Source: Candidatus Heimdallarchaeum endolithica (GTDB taxonomy: Archaea; Asgardarchaeota; Heimdallarchaeia; Heimdallarchaeales; Heimdallarchaeaceae). Taken from it: a stretch of 64,000 nucleotides of DNA. Each line of letters starts with the position of its first letter. Position 1 is the stretch's first letter. Positions 20,524 through 30,915 of this stretch are shown here, in pieces. Made by a program: the position numbers and the translations under genes. The stretch covers positions 2,944,001 through 3,008,000 of the forward strand of contig CP084167.1 of the NCBI GenBank assembly GCA_021513715.1, given 5' to 3'. The notes beneath the pieces were generated by a model. That model saw nothing but the letters and a program-made list of their open reading frames with translations, had not been told where the DNA came from and made no database searches.

Positions 20524-22026
20524 TTATTTAGTGTTCATTATTTTTCGTAGTTCGTTCTCAATCCCTTCAACTGAAAGCAATGTTTGTTCTCCTGTTTCCA
20601 AGTTTCGTATTGTTACTTTATTTTGTTCCAGTTCTCTTTTTCCTACTATTATCATGTATTTAATTTTTCTAGTTGCAGCGTCTTCTAACTGATTAGTTAG
20701 TTTCCACCCAAAAGGATTAAACAAAATCTTAAACTCTTTTCTTAATCTTGTAGCTATATCTGTTGCTTCTTTTATAACTTTCTTATTTACAGGAGCAACA
20801 TAAAAATCTACTTTCTGAAAATATGGGGGTAATCTTCCTAAATCCTCTAAAATAGCCATTAATACAGTTTCTCCCATGCCTATTCCTGTTGCAGGTATCT
20901 TTTCTCCACCAAAACTTGAAACTAGTTGATCATATCTTCCTCCACCAGCTATAGCTCTTACTACTGAACCTGTACGATCAAAGAATTCGTAGACAATTCC
21001 TGTATAATAATCTAAACCTCGAGCTATTGAAGCATTGTATTCACAATTATTAATAACTCCAAAATAGTCTAAATAAGTAGCTAATTCTCTCAATTTATCA
21101 AGGGCTAAAGTAGCTTTTTCTCCTAAATCCAATTTTGATATTTTTTCAAGAAAAAGAGAGGGTTCTCCTTTAATTTTGGAAAAAAAGTATACTTTCTCTG
21201 CTTTATCCTTATCTAAACCTATTTTTATGAGAGTATCAATGATTTTTTGTTTTTCTATTTCAGGAACAAGTTCATAATAATAATCTATATACTCCTTATC
21301 TTTATTAGATAAGTTAGGGAATTCTTTTTCTTGTTTCTGTTTTTTTAATCTAACAAAAGTAGCTATTTCTTTAGCTTTAGAAACAGTAATCCTCTTTTCT
21401 AAAAGGTCTTCAACAATAAAATCTTGGATATATTTTTCTTTTGAATCTAAAACTTTGATTACATCAAGGTAATTTTCGATTCCCAAGTATTCAATATAAT
21501 TTTGAACTAACTCTCTACTGTTTATTACACAAATAAATTCTCCATCTTTTAATCCACTAGTTTTAATAATATTACATGTTAGTGCAATAATTTCTGCATC
21601 AGCTGCAGGATGATTAACACCAATGATATCTGCATTAAATTGAAAAAATTCTCTTACTCTTCCTTTTTGAGGAGTTTCATTCCTAAAAATTCTAGGTATT
21701 GAAAACCATCGAATAGGTTTAGGATAACGTTGTTGCTCATTTACAATCATTCTGGCTAAAGTAGGTGTTTGCTCTGGACGAAGAACGAGTTTTCTATCAT
21801 CTTTACCTTTAACAATAAAGGTTTCTTCCAGAATCTCCTCACCCGATTTAATTTCAATTAATTTTGCATACTCTAACGAAGGACCTTCATACTCCTCATA
21901 ACCAAAGCTCTCTGAGACATTTCTCATGATTCCTAAAATGTAATTTACCTTAGAAAAATCTGAAGGATAGTAATCTCGAAAACCTTTAATCCCTTTTAGT
22001 ATCTCCTTAAGTACTCCGTCATCCAT
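20524..22026 (-). CDS. hisS: Histidyl-tRNA synthetase with enlarged insertion domain
   Basis: KGFRDY, LRPEQT, FRNETPQKGRVREFFQ, RGLDYYTG, GGGRYD, anticodon-binding C-terminus. Confidence 0.96.
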   Translation of the reverse strand: MDDGVLKEILKGIKGFRDYYPSDFSKVNYILGIMRNVSESFGYEEYEGPSLEYAKLIEIKSGEEILEETFIVKGKDDRKLVLRPEQTPTLARMIVNEQQRYPKPIRWFSIPRIFRNETPQKGRVREFFQFNADIIGVNHPAADAEIIALTCNIIKTSGLKDGEFICVINSRELVQNYIEYLGIENYLDVIKVLDSKEKYIQDFIVEDLLEKRITVSKAKEIATFVRLKKQKQEKEFPNLSNKDKEYIDYYYELVPEIEKQKIIDTLIKIGLDKDKAEKVYFFSKIKGEPSLFLEKISKLDLGEKATLALDKLRELATYLDYFGVINNCEYNASIARGLDYYTGIVYEFFDRTGSVVRAIAGGGRYDQLVSSFGGEKIPATGIGMGETVLMAILEDLGRLPPYFQKVDFYVAPVNKKVIKEATDIATRLRKEFKILFNPFGWKLTNQLEDAATRKIKYMIIVGKRELEQNKVTIRNLETGEQTLLSVEGIENELRKIMNTK

Positions 22027-22139
22027 TTAATTTCAAAGACAATTTCCAGAGGAGTTTAAATAATTTAGCTTCTGTAAGATATTCCTTGATGATTTTCAAT
22101 AAAAAGGAGATTGAAAGAACAGATGTTGATTAAAGTGGT

Positions 22140-23114
22140 CTATTCATCTTGAAAATCTCTTATTAGGGAAATTTCAAAGAGAGGAGTGGATTTTACTGAC
22201 CAGAAGACTTGCTTATCAATTATATTGTTTAAAAGATATCTTGAAATTTCAGTTTCAGTTAAACTTCTTTCTGTTTTATTGATGCCCTGTAGATCTTTAA
22301 CAAATTCTAACAAGAGTTTTGTTAATAGATTTGTAGATCTTATTTGTTCCATTCTGGTAGTGACAAGCCAACATGAAACAGAATCATCAGCAGCCATTAT
22401 AAACTGGCGATCTCTATATTTCAAAATCTCAATTATTGGAAATTGACTGGAAGAAAATTTACATTGGATAACAGGTGATAAAACATCAGAATTTAAATGA
22501 GATTGGGGAGTAGTTAGTCTCATCTCATAAACTCCATTACTAGTTTTTATGTACGAAATAAACATTTCCACTGTGATTTTGTCTACTATTAACTGCTGAA
22601 TAATACTTGAAGCTAACCAATTAACTGTTTGATCAAAATTTTTTCCAGAACTAAATGAGGTACTTAAATAATTAATGTTTCTTTTTCTTATTCCATTAGA
22701 AAATCTCTTTATTATAGACTTAACTTCAGAACTAGAAAATTTTTCATCTCTCATGTTGAATAAAACTAAAACGGGATTCTCCTCCTTTAGCCAATTTAAA
22801 GAACGAGATAACCATTTTTTTGATTCAGTTAATTGTTCTCTTTTGGTAATATCAGTAACATAAATAAGAGCGTCAGAGCGAGAAATAAAACTTTTCCACA
22901 GAGTTTTCCTAAAAGAAGGGAGACCTCCTAAATCAGTAATACCTAATATTATTCCGTCAGCATTGTACAACTCGTGGTTTACTCCCATAGTAGAAAAAAC
23001 TTGGGAGGGGGAATAACCTAATAGACGATTGATGAAGTAAGTTTTGCCAGAATCTTCTAGTCCAGCAACTGTAACAGAAATATCACGTTTTAAATAAGAA
23101 TAATCAGGTGACAC
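22140..23114 (-). CDS. Arf/Arl-like small GTPase with C-terminal extension
   Basis: G1 GLEDSGKT, G2 STMG, G3 DLGG(L), LW...SDALIYVTD, degenerate G4 NMRD. Confidence 0.8.
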   Translation of the reverse strand: MSPDYSYLKRDISVTVAGLEDSGKTYFINRLLGYSPSQVFSTMGVNHELYNADGIILGITDLGGLPSFRKTLWKSFISRSDALIYVTDITKREQLTESKKWLSRSLNWLKEENPVLVLFNMRDEKFSSSEVKSIIKRFSNGIRKRNINYLSTSFSSGKNFDQTVNWLASSIIQQLIVDKITVEMFISYIKTSNGVYEMRLTTPQSHLNSDVLSPVIQCKFSSSQFPIIEILKYRDRQFIMAADDSVSCWLVTTRMEQIRSTNLLTKLLLEFVKDLQGINKTERSLTETEISRYLLNNIIDKQVFWSVKSTPLFEISLIRDFQDE

Positions 23115-23626
23115 ATCTAATCCCCATCTATTTGAACCCCGAAACGATCTTCAAGTAAATGGATAAGATAAATCGAATATTAAGAAGACAATCTTCTTGT
23201 TTAATATTCAAATTTATTTTATTTGTTTATTTATTTATTTTACATGAAGATTTTATTAAGCTAATAATAGCAATAGAGATATATAATAATATCGTTTCTA
23301 CTTGGAATAAGATAAATAAAAAAAAAGAATTCTGAAGTGAAAGTTGTGAAATTAAAAATAAAAAATCACAAAAAAAGGACTGTTTTATACAAAAAAGAAA
23401 AAAAGAGTATAAGAACATTAGGATAAACTTTAAGGAATGTTACTTAAAAAGAGTAGATGAGACACATGAAATAATTTTTTACGTAAATTTTGAGACAATG
23501 GTATGTTAGATAGACAGAAGGAATGAAAAGAATTCAATGAAAAAGAAAGCACAGACTCAAAACAATAAACATGACACAATTTTTTTGTAGCCGTTATATA
23601 TTCAATTCTCATTTATTATTTGTCTT

Positions 23627-23802
23627 GAGCTATATGCTTTAAGACGTAGGTTTCATTCTTACGACACCCGGGCTTCCCATTGGGAACTATGAGTGCCGGG
23701 ATCAGGAGATGAACCCTTTAGAGAACCATAGTAGACTGTGTCTCTTGTTCTCTTAAACCAGTCTTAACAAATAGTGTTTTATCTGGTTGGGTAGAGTCCT
23801 GA
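23627..23802 (+). ncRNA. Unassigned structured RNA candidate
   Basis: GC-enriched island with nested helices (see findings); G-U pairs favour the + strand. Confidence 0.5.
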
Positions 23803-23929
23803 AGAAATTAAGTAAAATCTCAACTCATAAATAGAAAGTAATGCTTATAAATGCGTCTGGTTTTCGTTGTTATAGTTAGTATAAGGAAATTATTGTTCAA
23901 AGTGAACAAAAGGAAAAAGGTGAAATTAT

Positions 23930-24937
23930 TTGAGTTTAAAGGGATATATACTCAGACGAACAATCTACATAGTTCCAATTATGCTTGCAATCACACTAAT
24001 GAACTTTACACTGATTAACGTCAGTCCTGGAGATCCTGTTTTAGTAAGATTAGGATTGATTAAATGTGAAACACCGGAGTGCTATAACGCGGCGTACAAC
24101 AAAGAAGCAATAGAAATGGGACTGCTAGATAATAATTTATACACTGTTCCTTGGTTTGAAAGATATATAGATTTCGTAAATGATCTATTGCATTTCGACC
24201 TAGGAAAAAGCTGGTCTTATACCCAAGCAGGAGAAGGAATACCAATATCAAAAATAATTGGAGACCATGCAGTATATACGGTGGTACTAAACTTACTATC
24301 GTTTGTTTTATCACTGCTATTGTCGACAGCAATAGGGGTAGTATCAGCAACAAGACAAAATAGCTTCTGGGATAGAACATTAACAGTAGCAATGCTATTA
24401 GGATATTCTATGCCATTGTTCTGGCTAGCAAAATTGTTAATGCTAGTATCTTATTATTTATTTAACTTCACAGGAGTAGCAAATAAGTCAGCATTTAATA
24501 AACCGCTAATACTGAACCCGATGTTCTATAAATTTCTAATATTGCCAACACTGTCACTCACACTGGGAGGACTGGTGTTCATGGCAAGGCTAATAAGATC
24601 TCAACTGTTGGAAATATTAAGACAAGATTATATTACAACAGCAAAATCTAAAGGACTTGATAGAAGGGCAGTAATATACAAACATGCGTTCAGAAACGGG
24701 TTACTACCAATAGTAACAATTATAGGAAATTCACTACCAGGATTACTATCAGGGTCAGTAATGGTAGAGTCAGTGTTCGGATGGCCAGGACTAGGAACAA
24801 TATTCCTAGAAGCAGCATTCATGAGAGATTATCCGATGATGATGGCAACTAATACTATATTCCCATTCCTGTTCCTAATAGCAAGATTGCTGACAGATAT
24901 AACTTACGTCTTTATAGACCCGAGAATAAAATATTAA
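23930..24937 (+). CDS. dppB: Peptide/nickel ABC transporter permease (DppB/OppB)
   Basis: YILRR, PGDP, FDLGKS, DYITTAKSKGL, HAFRN, ESVFGWPGLG, RDYP, DPRI. Confidence 0.93.
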   Translation: MSLKGYILRRTIYIVPIMLAITLMNFTLINVSPGDPVLVRLGLIKCETPECYNAAYNKEAIEMGLLDNNLYTVPWFERYIDFVNDLLHFDLGKSWSYTQAGEGIPISKIIGDHAVYTVVLNLLSFVLSLLLSTAIGVVSATRQNSFWDRTLTVAMLLGYSMPLFWLAKLLMLVSYYLFNFTGVANKSAFNKPLILNPMFYKFLILPTLSLTLGGLVFMARLIRSQLLEILRQDYITTAKSKGLDRRAVIYKHAFRNGLLPIVTIIGNSLPGLLSGSVMVESVFGWPGLGTIFLEAAFMRDYPMMMATNTIFPFLFLIARLLTDITYVFIDPRIKY

Positions 24938-24959
24938 AAAAAGAGGAGAGTAAAGAAAA

Positions 24960-26027
24960 ATGGCAACAGTTGATAAAGATAAAAAAGCAGTAGAAGAGGA
25001 AGGACCAATCCTAGATGAAACAACTCTAAAAGAAATAGAAAGTATGAAAGGAGCAGGACAATGGTCTATTGTATGGAGAAGATTGAAAAAGGATACAATG
25101 GGAATGGTAGGATTATACATCGTAACATTCCTAATATTGATGGCAATAGTGTCATGGTTCTTATTAATGTACGATAAGTGGTTGTTCAACAATGTAGCAC
25201 TAACAAGAGATCCAGATAATCCATACTCACTAGCAAACCTGTACGTGGACTTCTGGTTACCAGGAATGAAACAATCAATAATACTGTTCCAACACCCAGA
25301 ATGGCAGTTCGCAGACCAAGTAAAATTGCCTCCAAGCCTACAACACCCATTCGGAACAGATAAAAACGGAAGAGATATGTTCTCAAGAGTGTTCTTCGGA
25401 GCAACAATATCAATGGCGCTAGGGTTCATTGGTCAAATGACAACAGTAATAATAGGAACAATACTAGGATCACTATCTGGATATTATGGTGGATTATTCG
25501 ATGATTTACTACAAAGAATAGTAGAATTACTATACTCAATGCCAGGATTTATATTACTAGTGTTCGTAATAGTGCTATTCGAAAATACAAATATACCAGG
25601 AGGAAGATACGCAGTAGTAGTAATATTCTTCTCACTAATAAGCTGGGGAGGAACAGCACTAATAGTAAGATCAAACTTCTTCTCGCTAAAACAACAAGAC
25701 TTCGTAGAGGCAGAAAAAGCACTAGGAGCAGCAGACATGAGAATAATATTCAGACATATATTGCCAAACTCACTAGCACCACTGATAATTATAATAACGC
25801 TAGGAATAGCAGGAACAATATTCACATTCGCAGCACTAGCATTCTACGGATTCGGAGACCCAAACGTAGTAAGCTGGGGCGATGATTTGAATAGATGGCA
25901 AAATGATCTCATGACATATCCGTGGATGCCCATGTTTCCTGCACTCATGATCTTTTTCACTGTTTTGGGTTTCAATCTTTTGGGTGATGCTCTTCGTGAT
26001 GCTCTTGATCCTCGTTTGAAGGATTAG
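24960..26027 (+). CDS. dppC: Peptide/nickel ABC transporter permease (DppC/OppC)
   Basis: HPFGTDKNGRD, EAA loop DFVEAEKALGA, HILPN, FNLLGDALRDALDPR. Confidence 0.95.
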   Translation: MATVDKDKKAVEEEGPILDETTLKEIESMKGAGQWSIVWRRLKKDTMGMVGLYIVTFLILMAIVSWFLLMYDKWLFNNVALTRDPDNPYSLANLYVDFWLPGMKQSIILFQHPEWQFADQVKLPPSLQHPFGTDKNGRDMFSRVFFGATISMALGFIGQMTTVIIGTILGSLSGYYGGLFDDLLQRIVELLYSMPGFILLVFVIVLFENTNIPGGRYAVVVIFFSLISWGGTALIVRSNFFSLKQQDFVEAEKALGAADMRIIFRHILPNSLAPLIIIITLGIAGTIFTFAALAFYGFGDPNVVSWGDDLNRWQNDLMTYPWMPMFPALMIFFTVLGFNLLGDALRDALDPRLKD

Positions 26028-26377
26028 TTTTTTTCTTTTTTCTTTTAATTCTTTCTTTACCTAGTTTGATTTTTTTGATTTATTTTTCTAATAAATCATT
26101 TTGCCATCTTTCTTGAAAAATCATCGCCTCAGCTTTCTTATTTCTTTTCACTCCCTTGTGGAGTGAAAATTTTTTTATCTTTCACTTTTTTTCTTTCTTT
26201 TTCCTTTTTCTTTTTTTTACTTACTTTTTTTTTGATTTTTCGTCTTTTGTTTTTTCTTTTTGTTGTCCATCAGAATATAACAGATTTGTTTTTTTCTTTA
26301 AAAACGATTCTTTTTACATAAAAGCTGACTCAGTTAAATACCAGATATGTTAAGTTCATTTTCCTTCTTATTTGAAT

Positions 26378-26644
26378 ATGCTATTTGATTTAGATCTCGA
26401 ATATATAATGAAGTTAACTTATATAGACTCTGAAAAAGGAGAAACAGTCATTACTCTTTAAGAATAGTTTATTTTTATATTTATTCAATAATCACTATAT
26501 GGATATACAATTGCTTATAGTCTTAAAAGACACATAAAAGCAATCGAAGATATAAAAGAATTTCTGAAATTAAAGACTAAAATGGAAAAGGCAGTAGAAG
26601 ACTTTGATGAACTGATGGGTTTATTAAAATATTACGGAATTTGA
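26378..26644 (+). pseudogene. Decayed coding remnant of unknown family
   Basis: MLFDLDLEYIMKLTYIDSEKGETVITL* followed after stops by ...YGYTIAYSLKRHIKAIEDIKEFL...YYGI*. Confidence 0.3.
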
Positions 26645-26813
26645 AATCTTAATAATTTATAAAGCGAGTTTATTACCTATCTTTGTACACCTTGGATTAA
26701 TCATGGTTCAATGCATCAAGCATAGTAAACTTTGTCTAGTACTGTAATTCTTCCTAACCTCTGACCTATAGACGAACAATGTGTTTCCTATTTTATTTTT
26801 CACACTATCAAAT

Positions 26814-28847
26814 TTACCTATTTCTATCTAACAACAAAAATTCGAATTCTTCGATAAATTCTCCAAATCCAATTATTCTTAAAGCTTCTCTCGCATTTCT
26901 AATCTCTATCTTATCGTCAGTTGATATGACGTGTTCCATTATTTTTTCACATGCTCTTACATTACCTATTTTACCTAATGCTTTTCCTGCTCTTTTACGG
27001 ATTTCTGAATCCTCATCATATAGCACTATATCAACAAATTTGTCTATTGCAATTGAATCATATATTTGAACCAATAAATTTAAAGCTCTTGCGCGCATTT
27101 CTGGATCCTTATCGTAGAGTGTTAATTCTGCTAATCGTTCAGCTGTACTATCTTCACATCGTACGCCGAAATCTGATGAATCACTTTCCCCTTCTTTTCC
27201 ATATTTTTCTTCTATGTCTGGATAGATGGTTGTAATATCAAATATAGGATTAGATATTTCCCCTAAAACAGCAGTAGCTTTACTTCTAACTTCCGGATCC
27301 TTGTCATATAACCCTAATTCAATTAATTTTTCAGCAGCACTTGTATCACCTATTTTTATCAGTGCAGTGATAGCATTATTATATACATTAAAATTTTTTT
27401 CATATAATGTTGTATGAACTAAAGCGTCTACAGCTCGAGGGTCACCTATTTTACCCAAAGCTTCAGCAACATAAAGACGAACATGATCAAACTCATCTTT
27501 TAATAAAGGAATTAAAGGCTTGACAGCCCGAGAATCACCTAGGTTACCTAACAATTCAGCAGCAAGAGAACGAACACCAGGAGATTGGTCTTTCAAGCCT
27601 TCTATTAGGGGTTCAACTAATCTTTTATCACCATATTCAGTCAATATGTCCAGTAAATGATAAAACAGTTCAAAATTATTTTTGTATAGGTAAGTATGAA
27701 CTAAGGGTTTGACAACCCGGGGGTCATCTATTTTACACAACGATTCTGCAGCGATCGCTCGAATCTCACAATTATTGCTGTCATAAAAGTCCTCATTTTC
27801 TAGTATTTCTATTAAGGGAGGGACAGCTCGAGGATCCCCAAGTTCACCTAACAGGAAGACAGCATTGTTGCGCTTAAAAGCAGTCTCCTGTTCGTCTAGA
27901 GCTGTTTCGATTAAGTTGTCAACTGCCCTTTGGTCACCTATTTTGCCCAACGATATGTTTGCAAGACGACGCATATCCTTGTCAGAATCTTCTATGAGCT
28001 CCACTAGTGAGGCAATAGCAGTAGGGCCACCTATCTTAGCCAAAGCATCGGTAACACAACGACGAACATCCCAATCCTTATCTTCTAGGATCTTCACTAG
28101 TGAGGGATTAGCATGAGAGTCTCCTATCTTAGCAAAAACTTCAGCAGCACTACTGCGAACATCCCAATCCTTATCTTTTAGGAGCTCCAATAGTGGAGTA
28201 ATAGCACGAGGGTCACCTATCTTACCCAATGCTTCAGCAACATAACAACGAACAACCCAATGTTTATCTTTTAGGTATTTGATTAATAGCTCAACAGAAC
28301 CAGAATCGACAATTTCTAGAAAATATTTTGTAGAAGTATTAAAAACAAATTTATCTTTATGTTTTAGAGCTTCTATTAGAATGGGTATGGCACGAGAGTC
28401 ACCCATTTTTCCCAGTGAATTTACAATTTGACGAAGAACAATCTCACTATCTTCACCTTTGAAGGTGAAAATTAAAGGTTCAACAGCTTGTTGGTCACCT
28501 ATTATACCTAATATCTCAACAATGGCTGCACGAACATCGGGATCTTGGTCATGCAAAGCTTTAACTAAAGAAAGAATTAATTCTTCATCTGCACTTGTAG
28601 ACAAGACCTTGGACGTTATTTTAATAACTTTCTCTTTTTTATAATCTTTAGCAAAATAATCAGATCTTCGATTATCTACTATTTCAGATAATAATTCCAG
28701 AAAACTACTGTAATAAGGCCAAATATACAATTGCTTATTGATTTTATTTAATATACAAGACCAATCAATAGTTGAAAAATATTTTTCGAGCTTAGAAAGT
28801 TTACCCAAGCTATTTAACCTTTCCAGATAAAAGAAATCATCAGACAC
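26814..28847 (-). CDS. HEAT-repeat (PBS lyase/HEAT_2) protein
   Basis: More than 12 copies of an approximately 31-aa L.D.D..VR..AAEALGKIGD.RAV.PL unit. Confidence 0.93.
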   Translation of the reverse strand: MSDDFFYLERLNSLGKLSKLEKYFSTIDWSCILNKINKQLYIWPYYSSFLELLSEIVDNRRSDYFAKDYKKEKVIKITSKVLSTSADEELILSLVKALHDQDPDVRAAIVEILGIIGDQQAVEPLIFTFKGEDSEIVLRQIVNSLGKMGDSRAIPILIEALKHKDKFVFNTSTKYFLEIVDSGSVELLIKYLKDKHWVVRCYVAEALGKIGDPRAITPLLELLKDKDWDVRSSAAEVFAKIGDSHANPSLVKILEDKDWDVRRCVTDALAKIGGPTAIASLVELIEDSDKDMRRLANISLGKIGDQRAVDNLIETALDEQETAFKRNNAVFLLGELGDPRAVPPLIEILENEDFYDSNNCEIRAIAAESLCKIDDPRVVKPLVHTYLYKNNFELFYHLLDILTEYGDKRLVEPLIEGLKDQSPGVRSLAAELLGNLGDSRAVKPLIPLLKDEFDHVRLYVAEALGKIGDPRAVDALVHTTLYEKNFNVYNNAITALIKIGDTSAAEKLIELGLYDKDPEVRSKATAVLGEISNPIFDITTIYPDIEEKYGKEGESDSSDFGVRCEDSTAERLAELTLYDKDPEMRARALNLLVQIYDSIAIDKFVDIVLYDEDSEIRKRAGKALGKIGNVRACEKIMEHVISTDDKIEIRNAREALRIIGFGEFIEEFEFLLLDRNR

Positions 28848-29419
28848 GTTTATCTAGAGAAAATAAGTTTTATAATTTTTAACTATTTCCAAATAAATTG
28901 CAGTAAAAAAATAATACCGAAGAATAAGAAAAAATCACTCTTTTTTTTATCACTTGTAATTTTATTTATAACACTGTTACTTGTTTTACACTTTTTTGAG
29001 AATAAAATGGTATATGCAAATGTTTTTCGTTATAAAAGGGGAATAGTTTTTTTTGTTTATCTGTAGTTTCCTTTCAAAGTAATCAGGATGCTGCGGTGAA
29101 AACACCTTACCATTCCTCCTCAATTACCTGAATTCCTTGTTGTAGTCTCTTTTTTCCTTCTTTCTTTCCTTTCCCCTTTAAAAAAGACTCTCATCCATTT
29201 TTTTCTTACTTACTTTTTTCTTTTTCATAATTCTTGTTTATTGAGTGTTCTATTCCAAACAATTTCTTTCTTTTTTGAACTGATGTTATCGTATATAAAG
29301 ACCTCATCTATATGAAAAAGCTTATACGGAAGGCAGAAAAGCAGCATAATTATTATAAATGTCTGTGAGAAAATAATTAAGCTCAACTAGTGGAAAATGT
29401 AACAAGGGAGATAAAAATC

Positions 29420-30049
29420 ATGCCTAAATTACTGGGAAAATTATTAATACTAATATTACTGCTTCCAATACTTATTTTTCATTGTGTGTTATCAATTAAA
29501 GGGTCTCAACCTGTTCTTTTTTCTAGAATTTCTGAGATTACTGAAATCACAATTTCCGAATCTACTGATAACCCTTTATTTGAAAATTATACTGCTTTTA
29601 AAATCGAAGCTGAAGTCGAGATCTTAAATAGAGCTGATGAAAATCAAACTGTTATTTCTCCTGATCTTAAACTTATGATTAATGCAACCTTGTTTAATCA
29701 ATCATTGAAATTGGTAGTGGAAGCAATGGGTTCTTGTATGGTTACTTACGATACCTATTCTCCTGGTATCACTATTGAAAATCACTTTCTTAAATTCTAT
29801 ATTAATCAAACGGATTTAACTTATCTCCCTGATGGTAATTATACTCTCTGGAGACCTATTAATGAGGGAGAAGAATTACCTACGATTATTATAATTAAAT
29901 CTGGTATAATGAATATTACTTACAGTAGTTTTGGCAATCAAGAGACTGAAGCGGTGAACTTTTCCCTTCTGTCCCCCTTAATGTTATTCTTTCCACTCTT
30001 TTCATATATGATTGTTTTTTATAGATGTAAAAAGTCAGAGAGTGCTTAA
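29420..30049 (+). CDS. Secreted, membrane-anchored hypothetical protein
   Basis: Signal peptide (MPKLLGKLLILILLLP), beta-rich core, C-terminal TM with basic tail; C-half duplicated at 47834. Confidence 0.7.
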   Translation: MPKLLGKLLILILLLPILIFHCVLSIKGSQPVLFSRISEITEITISESTDNPLFENYTAFKIEAEVEILNRADENQTVISPDLKLMINATLFNQSLKLVVEAMGSCMVTYDTYSPGITIENHFLKFYINQTDLTYLPDGNYTLWRPINEGEELPTIIIIKSGIMNITYSSFGNQETEAVNFSLLSPLMLFFPLFSYMIVFYRCKKSESA

Positions 30050-30130
30050 AAGTTTCTTAGAAAAAAATCTACCATTTTTTGTTAAATTTTTTCCTTTCTC
30101 TTTTCTTTCACTTCTTTTTTCTATCTTTTG

Positions 30131-30364
30131 TTAATACCTTAATCTTTCCCTAGATTTTAAATAAATTTCCATTAATTTTGGTTTTTTTGACGCTCTATCC
30201 ATTAATTCTTCTATTTCTTTTTTTGGTTGTCCTTTTTCTGCTTTAATTCTTGATGTGGTAATGATCACATAAATTAACATCGCAGTAATAGCTAAAAAAC
30301 CTCCAAAAACAATTATACCGAAGGCTACTATAACTGCATTCATCGAATAATAATAGTATTGCAC
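30131..30364 (-). CDS. Small single-TM protein (tandem paralog 1)
   Basis: VIVAFGIIVFGGFLAITAMLIYVIITTSRIKA.KGQPKKEIEELMDRA, near-identical to the 30613 ORF. Confidence 0.7.
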   Translation of the reverse strand: MQYYYYSMNAVIVAFGIIVFGGFLAITAMLIYVIITTSRIKAEKGQPKKEIEELMDRASKKPKLMEIYLKSRERLRY

Positions 30365-30419
30365 AGTTAAATATTTTTGGAAACACGTTGTAATTAATTA
30401 TCTCTTAATTTTTTGTTCA

Positions 30420-30603
30420 TATACCTTCATTAGTTCCTTAAAGCTTCTTCTTTTGTAACATCTTTTGGATTTAAGGTAAGTGTTCCATCGTTTATCGCTT
30501 TTTCTGTTATTTTTCTAGTTGTTCTTCTTTTTCTCCCTCCTCTTTCAATGTTTTTGGTAATTTTGTTAATTAACCTTTCTTGAAGTTCTTCTACTTTTTT
30601 TAC
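30420..30603 (-). pseudogene. Decayed duplicate of the 3' end of the adjacent alcohol dehydrogenase gene
   Basis: Homologous to about 30921-31113, with small indels. Confidence 0.85.
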
Positions 30604-30612
30604 TGACTTTTG

Positions 30613-30828
30613 TTAAAACCATAATCTTCCCTTATACTGTAAATAATTTTCCATTAATTTTGTATTTTTTGCTGCTCTATCCATTAGTTCTTCTATTTCT
30701 TTTTTTGGTTGTCCTTTTATTGCTTTGATTCTAGATGTAGTTATGATTACATAAATTAATATAGATGAAATAGCGACAAAGCCTACAAAAACAATTACTC
30801 CAAATGCTACTATTACTGAGCTCATCAT
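30613..30828 (-). CDS. Small single-TM protein (tandem paralog 2)
   Basis: Paralog of 30131-30364; both frames remain open. Confidence 0.7.
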   Translation of the reverse strand: MMSSVIVAFGVIVFVGFVAISSILIYVIITTSRIKAIKGQPKKEIEELMDRAAKNTKLMENYLQYKGRLWF

Positions 30829-30915
30829 ATAATAATAGTAATCTAAGCTTAAATACCTTTTTAAAAAAGGTATTAATTATTTATCTATTAATTATTTTAC
30901 TTATTAATTAATATT

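Noticed and set aside
23627-23802. SRP RNA, RNase P RNA, tRNA or known riboswitch
   Set aside because: Lacks the SRP helix-8 motif, the RNase P GAGGAAAGUCC motif, a T-loop cloverleaf, and the TPP/B12/glycine/lysine consensus elements as I recall them
27400-28560. ~93-bp nucleotide repeats suggesting an array or DGR template
   Set aside because: They are in-frame HEAT repeats; no reverse transcriptase or A-specific variation was seen
29060-29230. Purine-rich minus-strand ORF-like remnant (MDESLFKRGKERKKEKRDYNKEFR*)
   Set aside because: Too short and without IRs or motifs to assign
29726-30022. DGR template/variable repeat pair with 47834-48130
   Set aside because: Differences are few and not confined to adenines; no RT gene in the window
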